A stretch of 64,000 nucleotides of DNA from Octopus bimaculoides (Eukaryota). A program made the position numbers and the translations under genes. Below the pieces are notes generated by a model. That model saw only the letters and a list, made by a program, of their open reading frames with translations, made no database searches and was not told the DNA's origin. Positions 1 to 12,672 of this stretch are shown here, piece after piece. Position 1 is the first letter of the stretch; each line of letters begins with the position of its first letter. The stretch is taken from the NCBI RefSeq assembly GCF_001194135.2, contig NC_068981.1, positions 120,408,492 to 120,472,491 on the forward strand, in the 5' to 3' direction.

Positions 1-13
1 CTACTACTACTAC

Positions 14-44
<31 letters not shown>

Positions 45-257
45 CCTTTCTACTATAGGCACAAAGCCTGAAATTTGTGGGGAGGAGACTAGTTGATTAC
101 ATCAACCCCTGTGTTTCACTGGTACTTAATTTATTGACCCCAAAAGGATGAAAGGCAAAGTTGACCTCACCAGAATTTGAACTCAGAATGCAGTGGTAGA
201 CAAAATACTGCTAAGCATTTTGCCTCGCATGCTAACAATTCTGCCAGCTTGCAGCCT

Positions 258-295
<38 letters not shown>

Positions 296-694
296 ATAAT
301 AATAATAATAATAATAATACATGATGATGATGTCCACTTTTCCATCCTTACTTGGGGTGGATGGAATTTGTTGAAGTAGATTTTCTACAGCTGGATGTTC
401 CTTCCTGTCACCAATCCTCCCCTGTTTCGAAGCAAGCTCATATTTCTCTATGGCCAAACAATGTCAAGGCAAGGAAATAATAACAAACACACACACACAT
501 ATATATATGCATATATGATGGACTCTGCTGTTGTTAGACGATGTATGAGAGTTTGACAATTTCTTACTGAACAACCACACACATGATTTGTTTATAGTGA
601 TCAAATGTTTGTGCACACATAAGCTCACTCCCTCCATCAGATTGACATTACCTGTACAGGTGCAATGGGTGCCACATGTCAGGTGTCAAAAGGA

Positions 695-729
<35 letters not shown>

Positions 730-1115
730 ATCGCATATATATATATGTGATCATATATATATGTGATCATATATATATATACATATATATGTGTGTGTGT
801 GATAGACTCCTTTCAGTTTCTGTTACAAGGCTTTGGTTGGCCTGGGGCTAAAGTAGAAGACACTAGCCCCAGGTACCATGGAGTGAGACTGAACCTGGAA
901 CCACACAGTTGGCAAGTAAACTTCTTACTACATAAAATTAAAATTGTGCAATATGTCCTTCCATTATTTAAAATGCTATTTCTAACAAATCCAGTGACCA
1001 TGTAGGGATTCCCTTTTTAGTGGTGGTGGTGGTGGTGAAGGAGGTAGTGATGGTATAGAGAGGAAGGGTTTTAATAAACATTTACAACATTATAAAATGC
1101 TAAAAGTACATTTAC

Positions 1116-1207
1116 CTTGATGGTAGTTTTCCTGAAAGTCTTTCTTTAATTCCAAGACACTGGTCAGCTTGATAGGGCGTCGTTGAGGTCCGTTTTCACT
1201 AGCCTTC
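1116..1207 (-). CDS. MLH1: MLH1 coding exon (human exon 13 equivalent), 92 nt: KASENGPQRRPIKLTSVLELKKDFQENYHQ
   Basis: tttctgttag acceptor, gtaaat donor; aligns to human [24 protein letters not shown]; the next intron runs past position 1. Confidence 0.92.
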
Positions 1208-2183
1208 CTAACAGAAATAGTAGGTGACTGTACATTGGACTCCAGTTTCATTCTTCTCATGGTTCAATAAATTTAAAAAAAAATGAGGAACAGAGAAATA
1301 TGAAACATGATGCCAATCAATGTTTATCTATTTTGTCATCATATTTTTAAAGAAAATATATACAGCAGTTGAGTCTCATTTAATTTTGAAAATAATCAAG
1401 AATTATGATGAATTTAGTGAAAATAACTAGCTATTCCAATATTTAAGCTGATATTTGGAATAACTTAATAAATTATAAAAGAAGGTTTTAACTTAAGGAG
1501 GGTCATTTTAAAACAGGTAGTTTTGTAATGACAAAACTAGAAGTAATTGCTGGGAGATTGGTGCCAGTAAATTAACCTTATAAGGTCAATAATAAAGTTG
1601 ACATAGATAAAAGAGTAAAGACCCCCTTCAATAATGAATGACCTTGGAATTGCACCTAGAAAATTTTCCTCTGAGGCAAAAGTCTGAGCAAGATTGTTTC
1701 TGGAAGACCAGCAATCGCCCATGCATACCAGCCTCCATTCTTCACGCCACTGATGTTATCCAAGGGAAAGACAAAGGCTGATATAGCTAGGCACCAGTGA
1801 TGTTGCAACTCATTTCTACAGCTGAGTGAACTGGAGCAATATGAAATAAAGTGTCTTGCTCAAGAACACAACATACAGCCCAGTCTGGGAATCAAACTCA
1901 CTACCTCATGATTGTGAACCCGATACTCTAACCACTGAGCTATGTGCCTTTACATAGATGATGAGTTAATTAATTGAATTATTAATTAAACCGAGGAGCA
2001 AAAGACACTACGCACAGTCTACCATATTTTATGCCCTCTGAACTAAAGAATAAATGTTATTGATGTTTAATTTGAATAGCTACAGGTGGGTGGTTGGAAG
2101 GAAAAATTATGGAATACAAAACAGAAAATAAATTAGTAGTAAAAATGTTAATGAAGAAGATAGCTCAAGTGTAGGTCAATAGC

Positions 2184-2395
2184 TTAACCCTTCAGCATTT
2201 AAACCGACCATATCTGGCTCAAATATTCTACTGATTTATGTTCAAACTGGCCAGATGTGGTTTCTCACAGTATCATTCCAAAAATAATCACATTGTCAAA
2301 ACCATGAAGCTATGAGACACTGTATGATTAATTCAAAACAATGTGAATAAAAAGAACATTACATCAGGCAGAGCAATCTGATGCTAAAGGGTTAA
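2184..2395. mobile_element. piggyBac-type MITE (TTAA + CCCTTTAGCA termini); further copies 4974-5198, 10348-10554, 38375-38558, 40628-40854, 44816-45028, 50448-50623
   Basis: Each copy starts ttaaccct(t)tagca and ends tgctaaagggttaa or a variant, with a shared ~200-bp AT-rich interior. TTAA flanks are the piggyBac target signature. Confidence 0.8.
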
Positions 2396-4082
2396 TAGTA
2401 ATACAAGAAGAGAAGACTGTTCAATGGTATATCAGTGGTTTAATAAAGAGACAATTCAATGATGGCTCAATAGTTTAATAAAGATAGAAGACCATTCAAT
2501 GTTATGTCAGAGAAGGGATGATTCAATGCTGAGTCTGTGATGTATAGAAAGCTGTGTTTGAAAATTTGTACATCAGAAATATTGATGGCACTAGGATTGA
2601 TGTTATTTAATGTGTCAGTCAGTTTGTGTTGTTGTTGGTCTTTAAGCCCACGTCAGTTCTGACAGAGTAGACTGTTGATCAAAGGTGTTTCAGACATTCT
2701 TTTATTCGTTTACTTGTTTCAGCCATTTGACTGTGGCTATGCTGGAGCACCATCTTGAAGTGTTTTTGTCAAACAATTCGACCCCAGGACTTGTTTTTAA
2801 ACCTAGTACTTATTCTATCAGTCTCTTTTGCCGAACTGTTAAGTTACAGGGATGTAAACAGACCAACACCAGTTTCCAAGCAATGATGGGCGAACAAATA
2901 CAGACACAAAGACACACACACATATGATCAGCTTCTTTCAGTTTCCGACTGCCAAATTCACTCACAAGGCCTTGAGACTATAGTAGAAGACACTTGCCCA
3001 AAGTACCACGCAATGGGACTGAACCTGAAACCATGTGGTTGGGAACCAAATTTTTACCATACAACCATGCCTTTGCCTGTGTCCACCATTTCTTTTTATT
3101 CTGTAATGTGTCCTGCCTTTTGTATGACGATATTGTGTAATTTGAGGATGTTTTGGCTGCTATTTCTAGAAGTATGAGTGAGTGATTAAAGGCCCTTTAG
3201 GATGCTTTGTTCCTCAGTCAGATCTATATGAAGGTAACTAGCTTTACACTTAGAAAATAAACCACAGGTTCAGCATTTCAGACAATGTTATGTCTCTAAG
3301 AGTTTTGGTGTGTCACTTCAGGCAGAACATTTATTATTTAATCAAATTTCCTGCTGTTACCATTTTGTCATAATTTTTTGAACTTCATAGATATTATCTA
3401 TGATAACATCATACTAATTATATGTAGTAAATTTCCCATTTTAACCCTTTAGCAATTAAACTGGCCATATCCAGCTTAAATATTCTGCCTGTTTTATGTT
3501 AATACTGGCCGGATTTGGCCTCTTACACAAACCTTACAATATCATTGTTGAGGGAGATTTTTCTATGACTGGATGCCCTTCCTGTTGCCAACCATTACTT
3601 GTTTCCCTAGAAAGGTAATATCACCCTATGACCAGACATATATTGGAAGACTGGAAACCAAGTGTGCCATTTGCATGATGGTGACACTCATAACTATCAT
3701 GTGATGTCAAGGCAAGGAGACAGTAGCATACACACACACACACAAACATGCATAAATATACACACACACATATATCATCATCATCATCACCATCGTCATT
3801 GTTTAACGTCTGCTTTCCATGCTGGCATGGGTTGGATGGGTTTGACATAGAGCTGGCTAGCAGGGAGATGTCCAGACTCAAACTGTCTGTTGTGGCATGG
3901 TTTGTATGGCTGGATGCCCTTCTTAGTGCCAACCACTTAACAGAGTATGCTGGGTGTTTCTTATGTGTCATCAGTACAAGTACGTCTATGCAGCACTGGC
4001 ACCGGAAAGGGCAACCAATTTTACTTAGCTTGATGCATCTTATCAAGTACAGCAAATCTTCTGGTCTCTTGTCATTTCTTTA

Positions 4083-4084
<2 letters not shown>

Positions 4085-4139
<55 letters not shown>
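4085..4139. repeat. (CA)n microsatellite, representative of dozens of CA, TA, GA, AAT, CAT and ACT tracts
   Basis: Direct reading; other examples include (AAT)n 23743-23781, (GT)n(GA)n 31577-31630 and (ACT)n 60113-60180. Confidence 0.97.
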
Positions 4140-4145
<6 letters not shown>

Positions 4146-4487
4146 CACATATGTATATACATACACACACACACATGCAAGCACACACACACATACACAC
4201 AACTGGCTTCTTTCAGTTTCCATCTACCAACCAAATCTGTTCACAAGACTTTGGTTGGCTTGGGGCTATAGTAGAAAACACTTGCCTAAGGTACCAAAAC
4301 CACATAGGTGGGAAGCAAACTTCTTAACCCCACGGCCACACCTGTGCCTATGAATTTAACAAGAATATAATTCAAAGAACAGAACTGATTGAAACAAAAA
4401 AATATGAAATTAATCAGAATCATCAAAAAAGTACCAAACCATACACAGTGGAACTGAAGTAAAAATATGATGGAGAAGCAGACTAAC

Positions 4488-4704
4488 TTTTTACTAGGCT
4501 GCATCTCGACATTTTCCTTCTGTGGTGTTTTACTATCAGATTTGGTAGCTGAATCAGCTGTCATTTCAACATCTTCAGAAACTGGGTAAGTCTTCATAAT
4601 GGATGTAAAAGATGATGGCTTGTTTAGAAAAGCATCTAACTTTTGTTCTTTGGAATCAGTGCGTACCATTTGGTATGCATAAACTTTAGGTGGATTGTTG
4701 TCTC
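4488..4704 (-). CDS. MLH1: MLH1 linker exon, 217 nt: DNNPPKVYAYQMVRTDSKEQKLDAFLNKPSS...EMQPSK
   Basis: ttttgtag acceptor, gttag donor; conserved linker motif; ORF track 4286-4669. Confidence 0.93.
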
Positions 4705-4763
4705 CTACAAAAATTCAGATCAAAATATTATAGAATTAGAGCTAAAATGAATTTTTATAATGT

Positions 4764-4977
4764 TTAACCCTTTTGTTACCATATTTTTGTTGAGATACTC
4801 TGTTTTTACTTTAATTCATTTGGAAAATAATGAAGAATTTAGTAAAATAACTTTGTCATTATTAAGTGGTGTTTGGATCATAAATTAACGTTAAGTTCTG
4901 ATGGAAGATTTTAATTCAGGACTCTTGGAAACAAGAGTCAGGCGCAGTCTCTGGTATATTGGTATCAAAGGGGTCAA
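4764..4977. mobile_element. Second piggyBac-type MITE family (ttaacccttttgttacc ... ggtatcaaaggggtcaa); partial copy near 1340-1530
   Basis: TTAA-flanked inverted termini; interior shared with 1340-1530. Confidence 0.65.
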
Positions 4978-5329
4978 CTCTTTAGCATTTAAACTGGTCA
5001 TATCTGGCCAAAATATTCCTGCCTTATGTTTGAATTGGTCAGATCCTGCCTCTTGGACCTAACCAACAATATAATTATAAAAATAAATAATCATGTTATC
5101 AAAATCTCAAAGCAATGAGATAAAATCTGATTAATTCAAAGTAATCTGAATAAATAAGCATTACATTTGAGAGAGTAATCTGAGTGAGAAAGGGTTAAAC
5201 AAAACTGAGACATAATCTAAAATAAAAAAAAAAACCAATACTATGGTGAGTCATTTATTATTAGCAATGCATTTATAATTTTTTCCATTGGCAGGAAGAT
5301 TAGTTGCATGTACATCACTAAACATGGTC

Positions 5330-5760
5330 TCCTTCAAGTCAATACAGTGTTAGTTTGAACTTAAAATGTCAATTTAGTTGTCATTGTTATTAGGTTAACT
5401 ATGGCCACTCTGCTCTGCTTTCAGTTCATTCTAAAAACAGTGTTCAATGATTGATTTCTGTGAGTCAAAGGTGTATCCACTGGAAACTTTCAGGACTGTA
5501 TCAGAATAGTGTTTAATCACTATGAACTGTCTACAAATGCATTGAAAAAAATTCAAAAATGGTTATATGTCATGCATCAAGCTGATATCCAGCCATGTCT
5601 TGTGGTGATGACAGCAATGAAGGAATCCATGACATGGTTTCTGTTGAACAGATTGGTGACTATTGATAAAATGGCAAATAGGATGCAAATTAGCCATGGC
5701 CATGCCAACAGAATCATCCACAATAGACTTGGCTTTATTACTGTTTGTGCTATTGGGTTG
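5330..5760 (+). mobile_element. Decayed mariner transposase fragment
   Basis: NRLVTIDKMANRMQISHGHANRIIHNRLGFITVCA resembles the mariner second HTH leading into the WVP linker. Confidence 0.65.
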
Positions 5761-5789
5761 CTCTAATTAACTTGGCTTAACTAGATATG

Positions 5790-6110
5790 AAGGTGTGTGG
5801 CTTAGTGGTTAGGGTATTTGAATCACATTCAGACGATCACACGTTCAATTCCTGGTGGTACATTGTGTCCTTGAGTAAGACACTTTATTTCACATTACTC
5901 CAGTTCACTCAGTTGACAAAAATGAGTTGTATCTGTCATACAAAGGGCCAGTCTTGTAACATTCTATGTCACGCTGAATCTCCCTGGGAACTACATTAAG
6001 GGTATGTATGTCTGTGGAATGCTCAGCCACTTGCATATTAATTTCACAAGCATTTCCGTTGATCGGATCAACTGGAACCCTCAGTGTCATAAGTGATGGA
6101 GTGCCAGTTA
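5790..6110 (+). mobile_element. tRNA-derived SINE of a third family; partial minus-strand copy near 1710-1950
   Basis: A-box TGGCTTAGTGG, B-box GTTCAATTCC, followed by TTGTGTCCTTGAGTAAGACACTT. Confidence 0.75.
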
Positions 6111-7016
6111 AAACTAGATCTACAGAAGTAATTAACTAAATTAAGTATTTGCTCAGAAATATGGTTTCCAATTTTGCCACAAGGCCAGCAATTTCAAGAG
6201 AGGGGTAAGTCAATTAGATTGACTCCAATGTTAAATTGGTCTCTATTTTATCGACCACAAAAGGATGAAAGGCAAAGTCAACCTTAGCAGAATTTGAACT
6301 CAGAACGTAAAGATGGATGAACTGCTGCTAAGCATTTTGCCCAGCATGCTAACAATTCTGCCAGCTCATCACCTTATTTGTTCAGAAATATTAGTTTCAA
6401 ATTCTGGCATGAAGCCAGCAATATCGAGGAAGGGGTAAGTCAATTCTATTGACCTCAGTTCTCAACTGGTACTTATCTTGTCAACCATGAAAGGATGAAA
6501 GGCAAAGTCAACCTCAGCAGAATTTGAACTCAGAACATAAAGACAGATGAAATGCTGCTAAGCATTTGGCCTGGTGTGCTGATGATTCTGCCAGCTTGCC
6601 ACCTTATTTGCTCAGAAATATTAGCAATGGCCATCCTTACCTAATTGTGAGGGAATTGGCAGAGTTGTTAGAGTGCTGGATAGACTGCAATGCAATATTT
6701 GTCCTAATTCACTGCTTAATGAGTTCAAATCTCAGGGCCAACTTTGCCTTTCGTCCAAAAGGATGAAAGGCAAAGTTGTACCAAGTCCAGAGGGGTATAT
6801 TGACTATTGTTACATCTCATTTTACTAAGGTTTATTAAATCTGAGAGTTACTAAGAAGAGTTCTTAGAAGAATTTTATAAGTTGACTTAATGCAAGGAAT
6901 GAAGACTCTAACATTTTGGTCTGTTGCCCCTTGTCTTAAACTGAGAAAGAGAGGGAAAGTGCTGTCACTTTTGTTGTAAACTAGTAAATAAAGGATTGAA
7001 GTAGAGAGTTATTTAC

Positions 7017-7086
7017 CTTGGTTAGAGCCCTCTGATGTTTTCTTAGGCTCAGTGTCCAGATTTGTTGTGACCCCTGGAAGCAAAGC
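7017..7086 (-). CDS. MLH1: MLH1 linker exon, 70 nt: ALLPGVTTNLDTEPKKTSEGSNQ
   Basis: ttttctgcag acceptor, gtaaat donor; starts like human exon 12 (TLLPG); phases 0 and 1 fit the flanking exons. Confidence 0.9.
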
Positions 7087-8146
7087 CTGCAGAAAAGGAA
7101 GGATTTACACGTGCAAATAATAAGTCTGTGCAAGCTATGTTAGCTGAAGAAAGAACAATAAACTGATGGTAGACAGCCTCCTACATCATCATCATCAATT
7201 GCATTGTTGAGGTAAATTTTCTACAGCTGGATACTCTTCCTGTTGTCAACCCTCACATGTTATTAAGTAAGGTAATATTTCCTATGACTAAGCGTGTCTT
7301 CATGGAAGTTTGGAAGTGAAGGACACCACTTTCATGACTGACACTTGTTTACAACTATCATATGCAGTCAAGGCAAGGAGACAGTAACACATGCACACAC
7401 AGACATATAAATACACTATCATCATCATCATCATCATTTAATGTCTGATGTCCATGCTGGCATTCGTTGGATGGTTTGACCAGAGGTGGAAAATTGGGGA
7501 GCTGCACCAGACTCCGCTCTGATTTGGAATGGATACCCTTCCTAATACCAATCACTTGACAAAGTGTGCTGGGTGATTTTATGTGGCATGGCATGGGAAC
7601 TTTCATGTGGCCATGCACAGGCACTTTTACATGAGACTGCACAGGTGCTTTTATGTGGCACTGCTATGAATGCTTTATACCACCCACAGGATCGGTCTTA
7701 ACACTTCTGCTGTGGAGTACAGGTCTTCTTGAGTACGGCAAGGCACCAGGTATCTCAGTTCTTTGTCATCTTGCCTGAAAGGTTCAGCATCCTAAGTGTG
7801 TGTGTGTGTATACATACTTATATAAATAGCATTCCTGAAATATCTGGTGGGGATCCTTAGAAGTAGATAACTTCCATTACCTAAGTGACCAAGTTAGCAG
7901 TGGAGGAGGATGCTTTGAAAGTATAGTTACTAGAATAAGAATGGGCTGTGCAAAGTTCAGAGAGCTAATCCTTTTACTGCTCTGTAAAGTGTCTGGCATT
8001 AGGAAAGGCACCCAGCCATAGAAACCATGCCAAAGCAGACAAATGGAGATTGATGTAGCTCTCTTACCTGGCTTACCAGTTCCTCTCAAACCATCCAATT
8101 CATACTAGCATGGAAAATGCACATTAAATAATGATGATAATGATGA

Positions 8147-8184
<38 letters not shown>

Positions 8185-8418
8185 TCCTACTCCTTTACTT
8201 GTTTCAGTCATTTTGACTGTGGCCATATTGGAGCACCGCCTTAAAAGGTTTTAGTCGAAGAAGTCGATCTCGGGACTTATTCTTTGTAAGTCTAGTACTT
8301 ATTCTATCGGTATCTTTTGCCAAACTGCTAAGTTATGGGGACATAAACACACCAGTGTCAGTTGTCAAGGCAATGGTGGGGGGACAAATANNNNNNNNNN
8401 TAATGATGATAATGATGA

Positions 8419-8458
<40 letters not shown>

Positions 8459-8511
8459 GAAAAACAAGAACGAAAATGCTCCTTTCTTAAAATTGGGTAC
8501 ATTTTAATTTT

Positions 8512-8553
8512 CCTTTTACATGTTTCGGTTTTTGAAAATCCTTATCAAAAATA
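8512..8553 (-). ncRNA. Hammerhead-like motif, U3:A8 variant with palindromic stem III
   Basis: Minus strand reads TTT TTGATAA GGATTTTCAAAAACC GAAA CATG TA AAAGG: G-C closing pair of stem II, ACATGT palindrome, GUA triplet; stem I only 3 bp. Confidence 0.5.
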
Positions 8554-8812
8554 TGTACTAAAATGGAATATGTAAAGAAAAAAGAACTATTAAAAAAAAT
8601 TGAATTAAAATTAAGATTAACATTCATAGTTTACTTTTCTTTTTCCTGCAAGAACATGTGATAATATCCTTATGTTCTGGTAGCATGACAAGAAAACAAG
8701 TCTTGACCTTACTATTCAATTTACAAAAACAGATAGTAGTAATTTGCGGTCACAGTCAGTTGAAAATAAAAGAACAAATTAAAAAAATATGCAAAAACAA
8801 TTTCAAAGATAC

Positions 8813-9060
8813 CTGTGTGAAATATGTTCGAGATGAGTTGCATCCCAACAGTTTTGTCTCGACAGTTTTCTGTACACTTTCAATGATACTGTCTTCATTG
8901 AGAAAATGGACTTCATGTTTGGTTGGGTGAACATTAACATCAACATTCTGAGGTGCTATCTCTAAACTGATGTACATAAATGGGTGAGAATTCTTGGGTA
9001 AATAGGCTTCGTATACAACCTCTAGAGCCTTCTTCAAGGCAGAAGAATCAACAAGTCGAT
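8813..9060 (-). CDS. MLH1: MLH1 coding exon (human exons 10+11 fused), 248 nt: [82 protein letters not shown]
   Basis: ttacag acceptor, gtatc donor; MutL transducer-domain VDVNVHPTK motif. Confidence 0.97.
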
Positions 9061-10174
9061 CTGTAAGAGAACCAGAAGATCAATCACTTTTGATCTGACT
9101 GTAGTAGCTGTTTATTATCAATTTATTATTTGATCATAAACAAATGACTACAACAATTACCATTTTATTCTTTTAGACAGCGAATAATGTTTAAAGAGCT
9201 GTGATGACACACAATTAAAAAAATATAGGCTTTGTGCTGAAGAAGTTTGCTTCCCAACCATATGGCTCTGAGTTCAGTCCCACAGAGTGGCACCTAAGGG
9301 TAAGTGTCTTCTATCTATAGTCCCAGGTCAAATAAAGCCTTGTGAATGAATTTGGTAGACAGAAACTGAAAGAAGCCTATACATATGTATGTGAGACTTT
9401 GTGTCTGTGTTGCATTTGTTCTTTACCATTGCTTGACAATCAATATTGGTTTGTTTATGTCTCTCATAGCTTTGTGGTTCAGTAAAAGAGACTGACAGAA
9501 TAAGCACCTGAGTTACAAAAATAAGTACTGGGGTTGAGTTGTTTGCCTAAATTCTTCAAGTCAATGCTCCAGTAAGGCTGCAGTCAAATGACTGAAACAA
9601 GTTAAAGATAAAAGATACAACAGAGGATATAAACTGAGAGTTCAGCAAGATATTCCACCTGATGAATGCACACCCAGTTTGTGTCTTCTGGGTGCTGAAC
9701 TCATAATTGTCATTATAATAATGCTGGGGTGATATAGATGGATGATATCTTTTATCTTTTACATATTTTAGCCATTGGACTGTGGCCATGCTGGGGCACT
9801 ACCTTGAAGAGTTTAGTTGAACCTGGAACCATCTGGTTGAGAAGCAAACTCCTTACCACACAGCCGTGCCAGTACCACAATGAAACAATTCATCAGTATT
9901 TTCAAATGTATCATTTCATTTCTATTATGAAATGCTTGGGCAATTATTGAGCGAGAGTTTTGATGATTATGTTGAGCAGGCTGCATTTGTTTAGCCCTTG
10001 GTCAACTGTGAATGAGCAGACCTGCAATCAAAAGCATTCCAGTTGTGAACATCCCATGTTGTTAGAACTATATATGACTACATTATCTAATGTATCCTTT
10101 CTTTATTTAAGATGGTACAGTATAATTTGTGAGATTTGACTTCTACTTTTAACAGGTCAAGGAATCATGCAGAG

Positions 10175-10635
10175 CAGTGGTTGTCAACCAGGGTCTACAT
10201 GGCCCTTGGCGGGGGTCCATATAAGATTTTGTTATTAAAATTTATCTGCAATAAATCTGTCATACTTCTACAATACATGAAATAATTCAACTCCTTTTTA
10301 ATACAATTCCTAATAATATTTAATTATAAAAATATTATGGGACTTTTTTAACCCTTTAGTATGCCCAAACATTCTACCTGTTTTATGCTCAAACTGGCCA
10401 GATCTGGTCCTTCACATCTACCCTACAATGTCATTTTAATAATAAATAATTCCATCATCAAAATCTTGAAGCTGAAAGATGCCTGCTTAATTCAAGACAA
10501 TGTGAATAAATAAGCTTCACATTAGACAGAATAATCTGAATGCTAAAGGGTTAAACATTGAATGTATATTAGGGTCCAGTAGAGCAAGATAGAAATCAAA
10601 GGGGTGCACAGGTCAAAAATGGTTGAGAACCACTG
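10175..10635. mobile_element. hAT (Charlie-like) MITE with a nested piggyBac-type MITE
   Basis: TIRs CAGTGGTTGTCAACC / GGTTGAGAACCACTG; degenerate 8-bp flanks atgcagag / acgtagac; nested TTAA element at 10348-10554. Confidence 0.8.
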
Positions 10636-12559
10636 ACGTAGACACTTGCTTGGTGGACCTGTTTTCAGGAGGTTGTATAAATAACTAGATGTGCTTTCAT
10701 TGGTCAGCTAGTATGAGGTTCTGCCATCTAGTTTTCAAAGGTTATAAGCAGAAAAGTGAAGGCTTGTTCATATGTACAAACCACATGGTAGAAGAATCAT
10801 GTCATATGACATGGTATGATGTGGTGTGGTTGTTGTTGCTTAGCTCCAGGTCAGCGGGAACTGAGTAAACCTATAATCAAAGATACTCCAGCCATGACTG
10901 TCCTTTTTGTTTTTCCTTTATCAGACACGGTATATCAAGGGCTTTATTATCCAATGTGTCCTACCATTTCTAATGTTGTAGGGTGTGATTTGAAATAGAT
11001 TTGACTGCTTTTTGTAGCAAGTCAACTAAGTCATATAGTGACTTTCTCACTGGCTCATGGTCATTCTTATTTTAGCAATTTCACAGAGTGGTGGAGAAAG
11101 GATCAGTGGGGCCGTGACTAAAGGTCGCACATTGGATGCTTCAGTGCCCACAAAAGCGTTCGACATACTACTTTCTTGGCCTCTTTAATGCAGCTCAGAG
11201 AGACTGTTCTCAGTACAGCGCACCAAAATAGTTCTTTCTTTATAGATTCCGGAAGGATGAAAAATGAAGCCAATCTAGTGGGTCGGGTTAAGTCAATTAA
11301 ATCAACCCAAGTGATCAACTCGGACTTATTTTACTGACTACGAAAGGATGAAAGGCAAAGTCAACCTCAGTGGAATTTGAACTCAGAATGTAAAGGCAGA
11401 CGCATTCTACCTAGCATGCCAACCATTTTGCCCACCCATAGCCTTATTATTATTAATAATAATAATAATAATAATAATAATGAAATCTGAAAAGAAATAG
11501 TTAGCCAAAGCCAGTATATATGAAATACCAATAACTAATAATAACTAATCAAGTACATGATATGTTTGGTTACATGAAAGACTGATTTTTTCCCCTGTCA
11601 ATATTGATTAACTTTAGCAGAAGGCCATAAATTTATAGGAACGTACAATCAACTAAACTTATTCCAATTCTTGATTATGAGAATGGAAGGTAAAATTGAC
11701 ATCAGCAGGATTTGTGCTCAGAATTTAAAAACAAGCATCTTATTGGATGCTCTACCGTTTCTGTTATACATCGGTAGTTCTCACTTTTACAAGCTCATTT
11801 ATTCCTAACTACCCCTTGTTAATTGAGAACTTCTAAAGCAAGAGGTATTTTCCCATAAATTTGAACAGCAATGTTGAAATGCCATAAGTTCAAGATCCCT
11901 GCTATAATATAACACTTAAATCTTTATCCGTTAACTGATTTCAGTCATTGTACAGTGGCCATGCTAGGCATTATCATTTTAAAAGAATTATAAAAAAGCA
12001 GTAATCTGTGTATCATACATAATGCAGAAGCAATGTAGAAAGCCAAATTTATTGCAGTATTTGTCCTGATATAAAGTCTCTAATAAACATAGGGTGTTAA
12101 AGACACAAAAACATATCAGGAGCAAATGAAAATTATTTAACACAGAATGTCTATAGGTGATTTTATCCCAGGACAAATGCCACAGTTATTTTGAGTTAAT
12201 TTGGTTTTCTGTGATGTATTGAAGGCCAAGTTGTCGCATGAAGTTTGATGCCCTCCACTTTAGTTCTTTTAATGCTCAGAACTTATCTCAATTGAATTTA
12301 ACAATCTTTCTCCCCTCCTTTCATGGAGATGACCTTAGGATAAATAGCTTGATACCCTCTCATCACTCTTTTTTAGTTAGTGGTGAATAAGGCTTGTATA
12401 CATACCTACATACATCAACATAAATATACATACATTCACACATATATATGGAAAGAGTGAGAGAACAAGAAAAAGAAATGGAGAGACATAGAAAGCAATA
12501 ATAAGATAAATATGTAGATAAGTAACGAGAGAGAGAGAGAGGGGGGGAGAGATACTTAC

Positions 12560-12672
12560 GGTTGATGAACAAGAGGAAAATACACTTCTTGGTAGAATAA
12601 TTAGCATTGGTACAGAAACCATGCATTTTAAACTTGAGCTTCTCGTCTTCATGCTGGACCTCCAATAGTTCC
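12560..12672 (-). CDS. MLH1: MLH1 coding exon (human exon 9 equivalent), 113 nt: [37 protein letters not shown]
   Basis: ttcctgcaag acceptor (A at -3, less common), gtaag donor; ORF track 12363-12701. Confidence 0.95.

Noticed and set aside
9638-9702. CTGATGA followed by a CACCCAG/CTGGGTG hairpin, inside a 10-bp inverted repeat
   Set aside because: GAAA is replaced by GAAC and no stem I or stem III can be formed; at best an unrecognisable relic.
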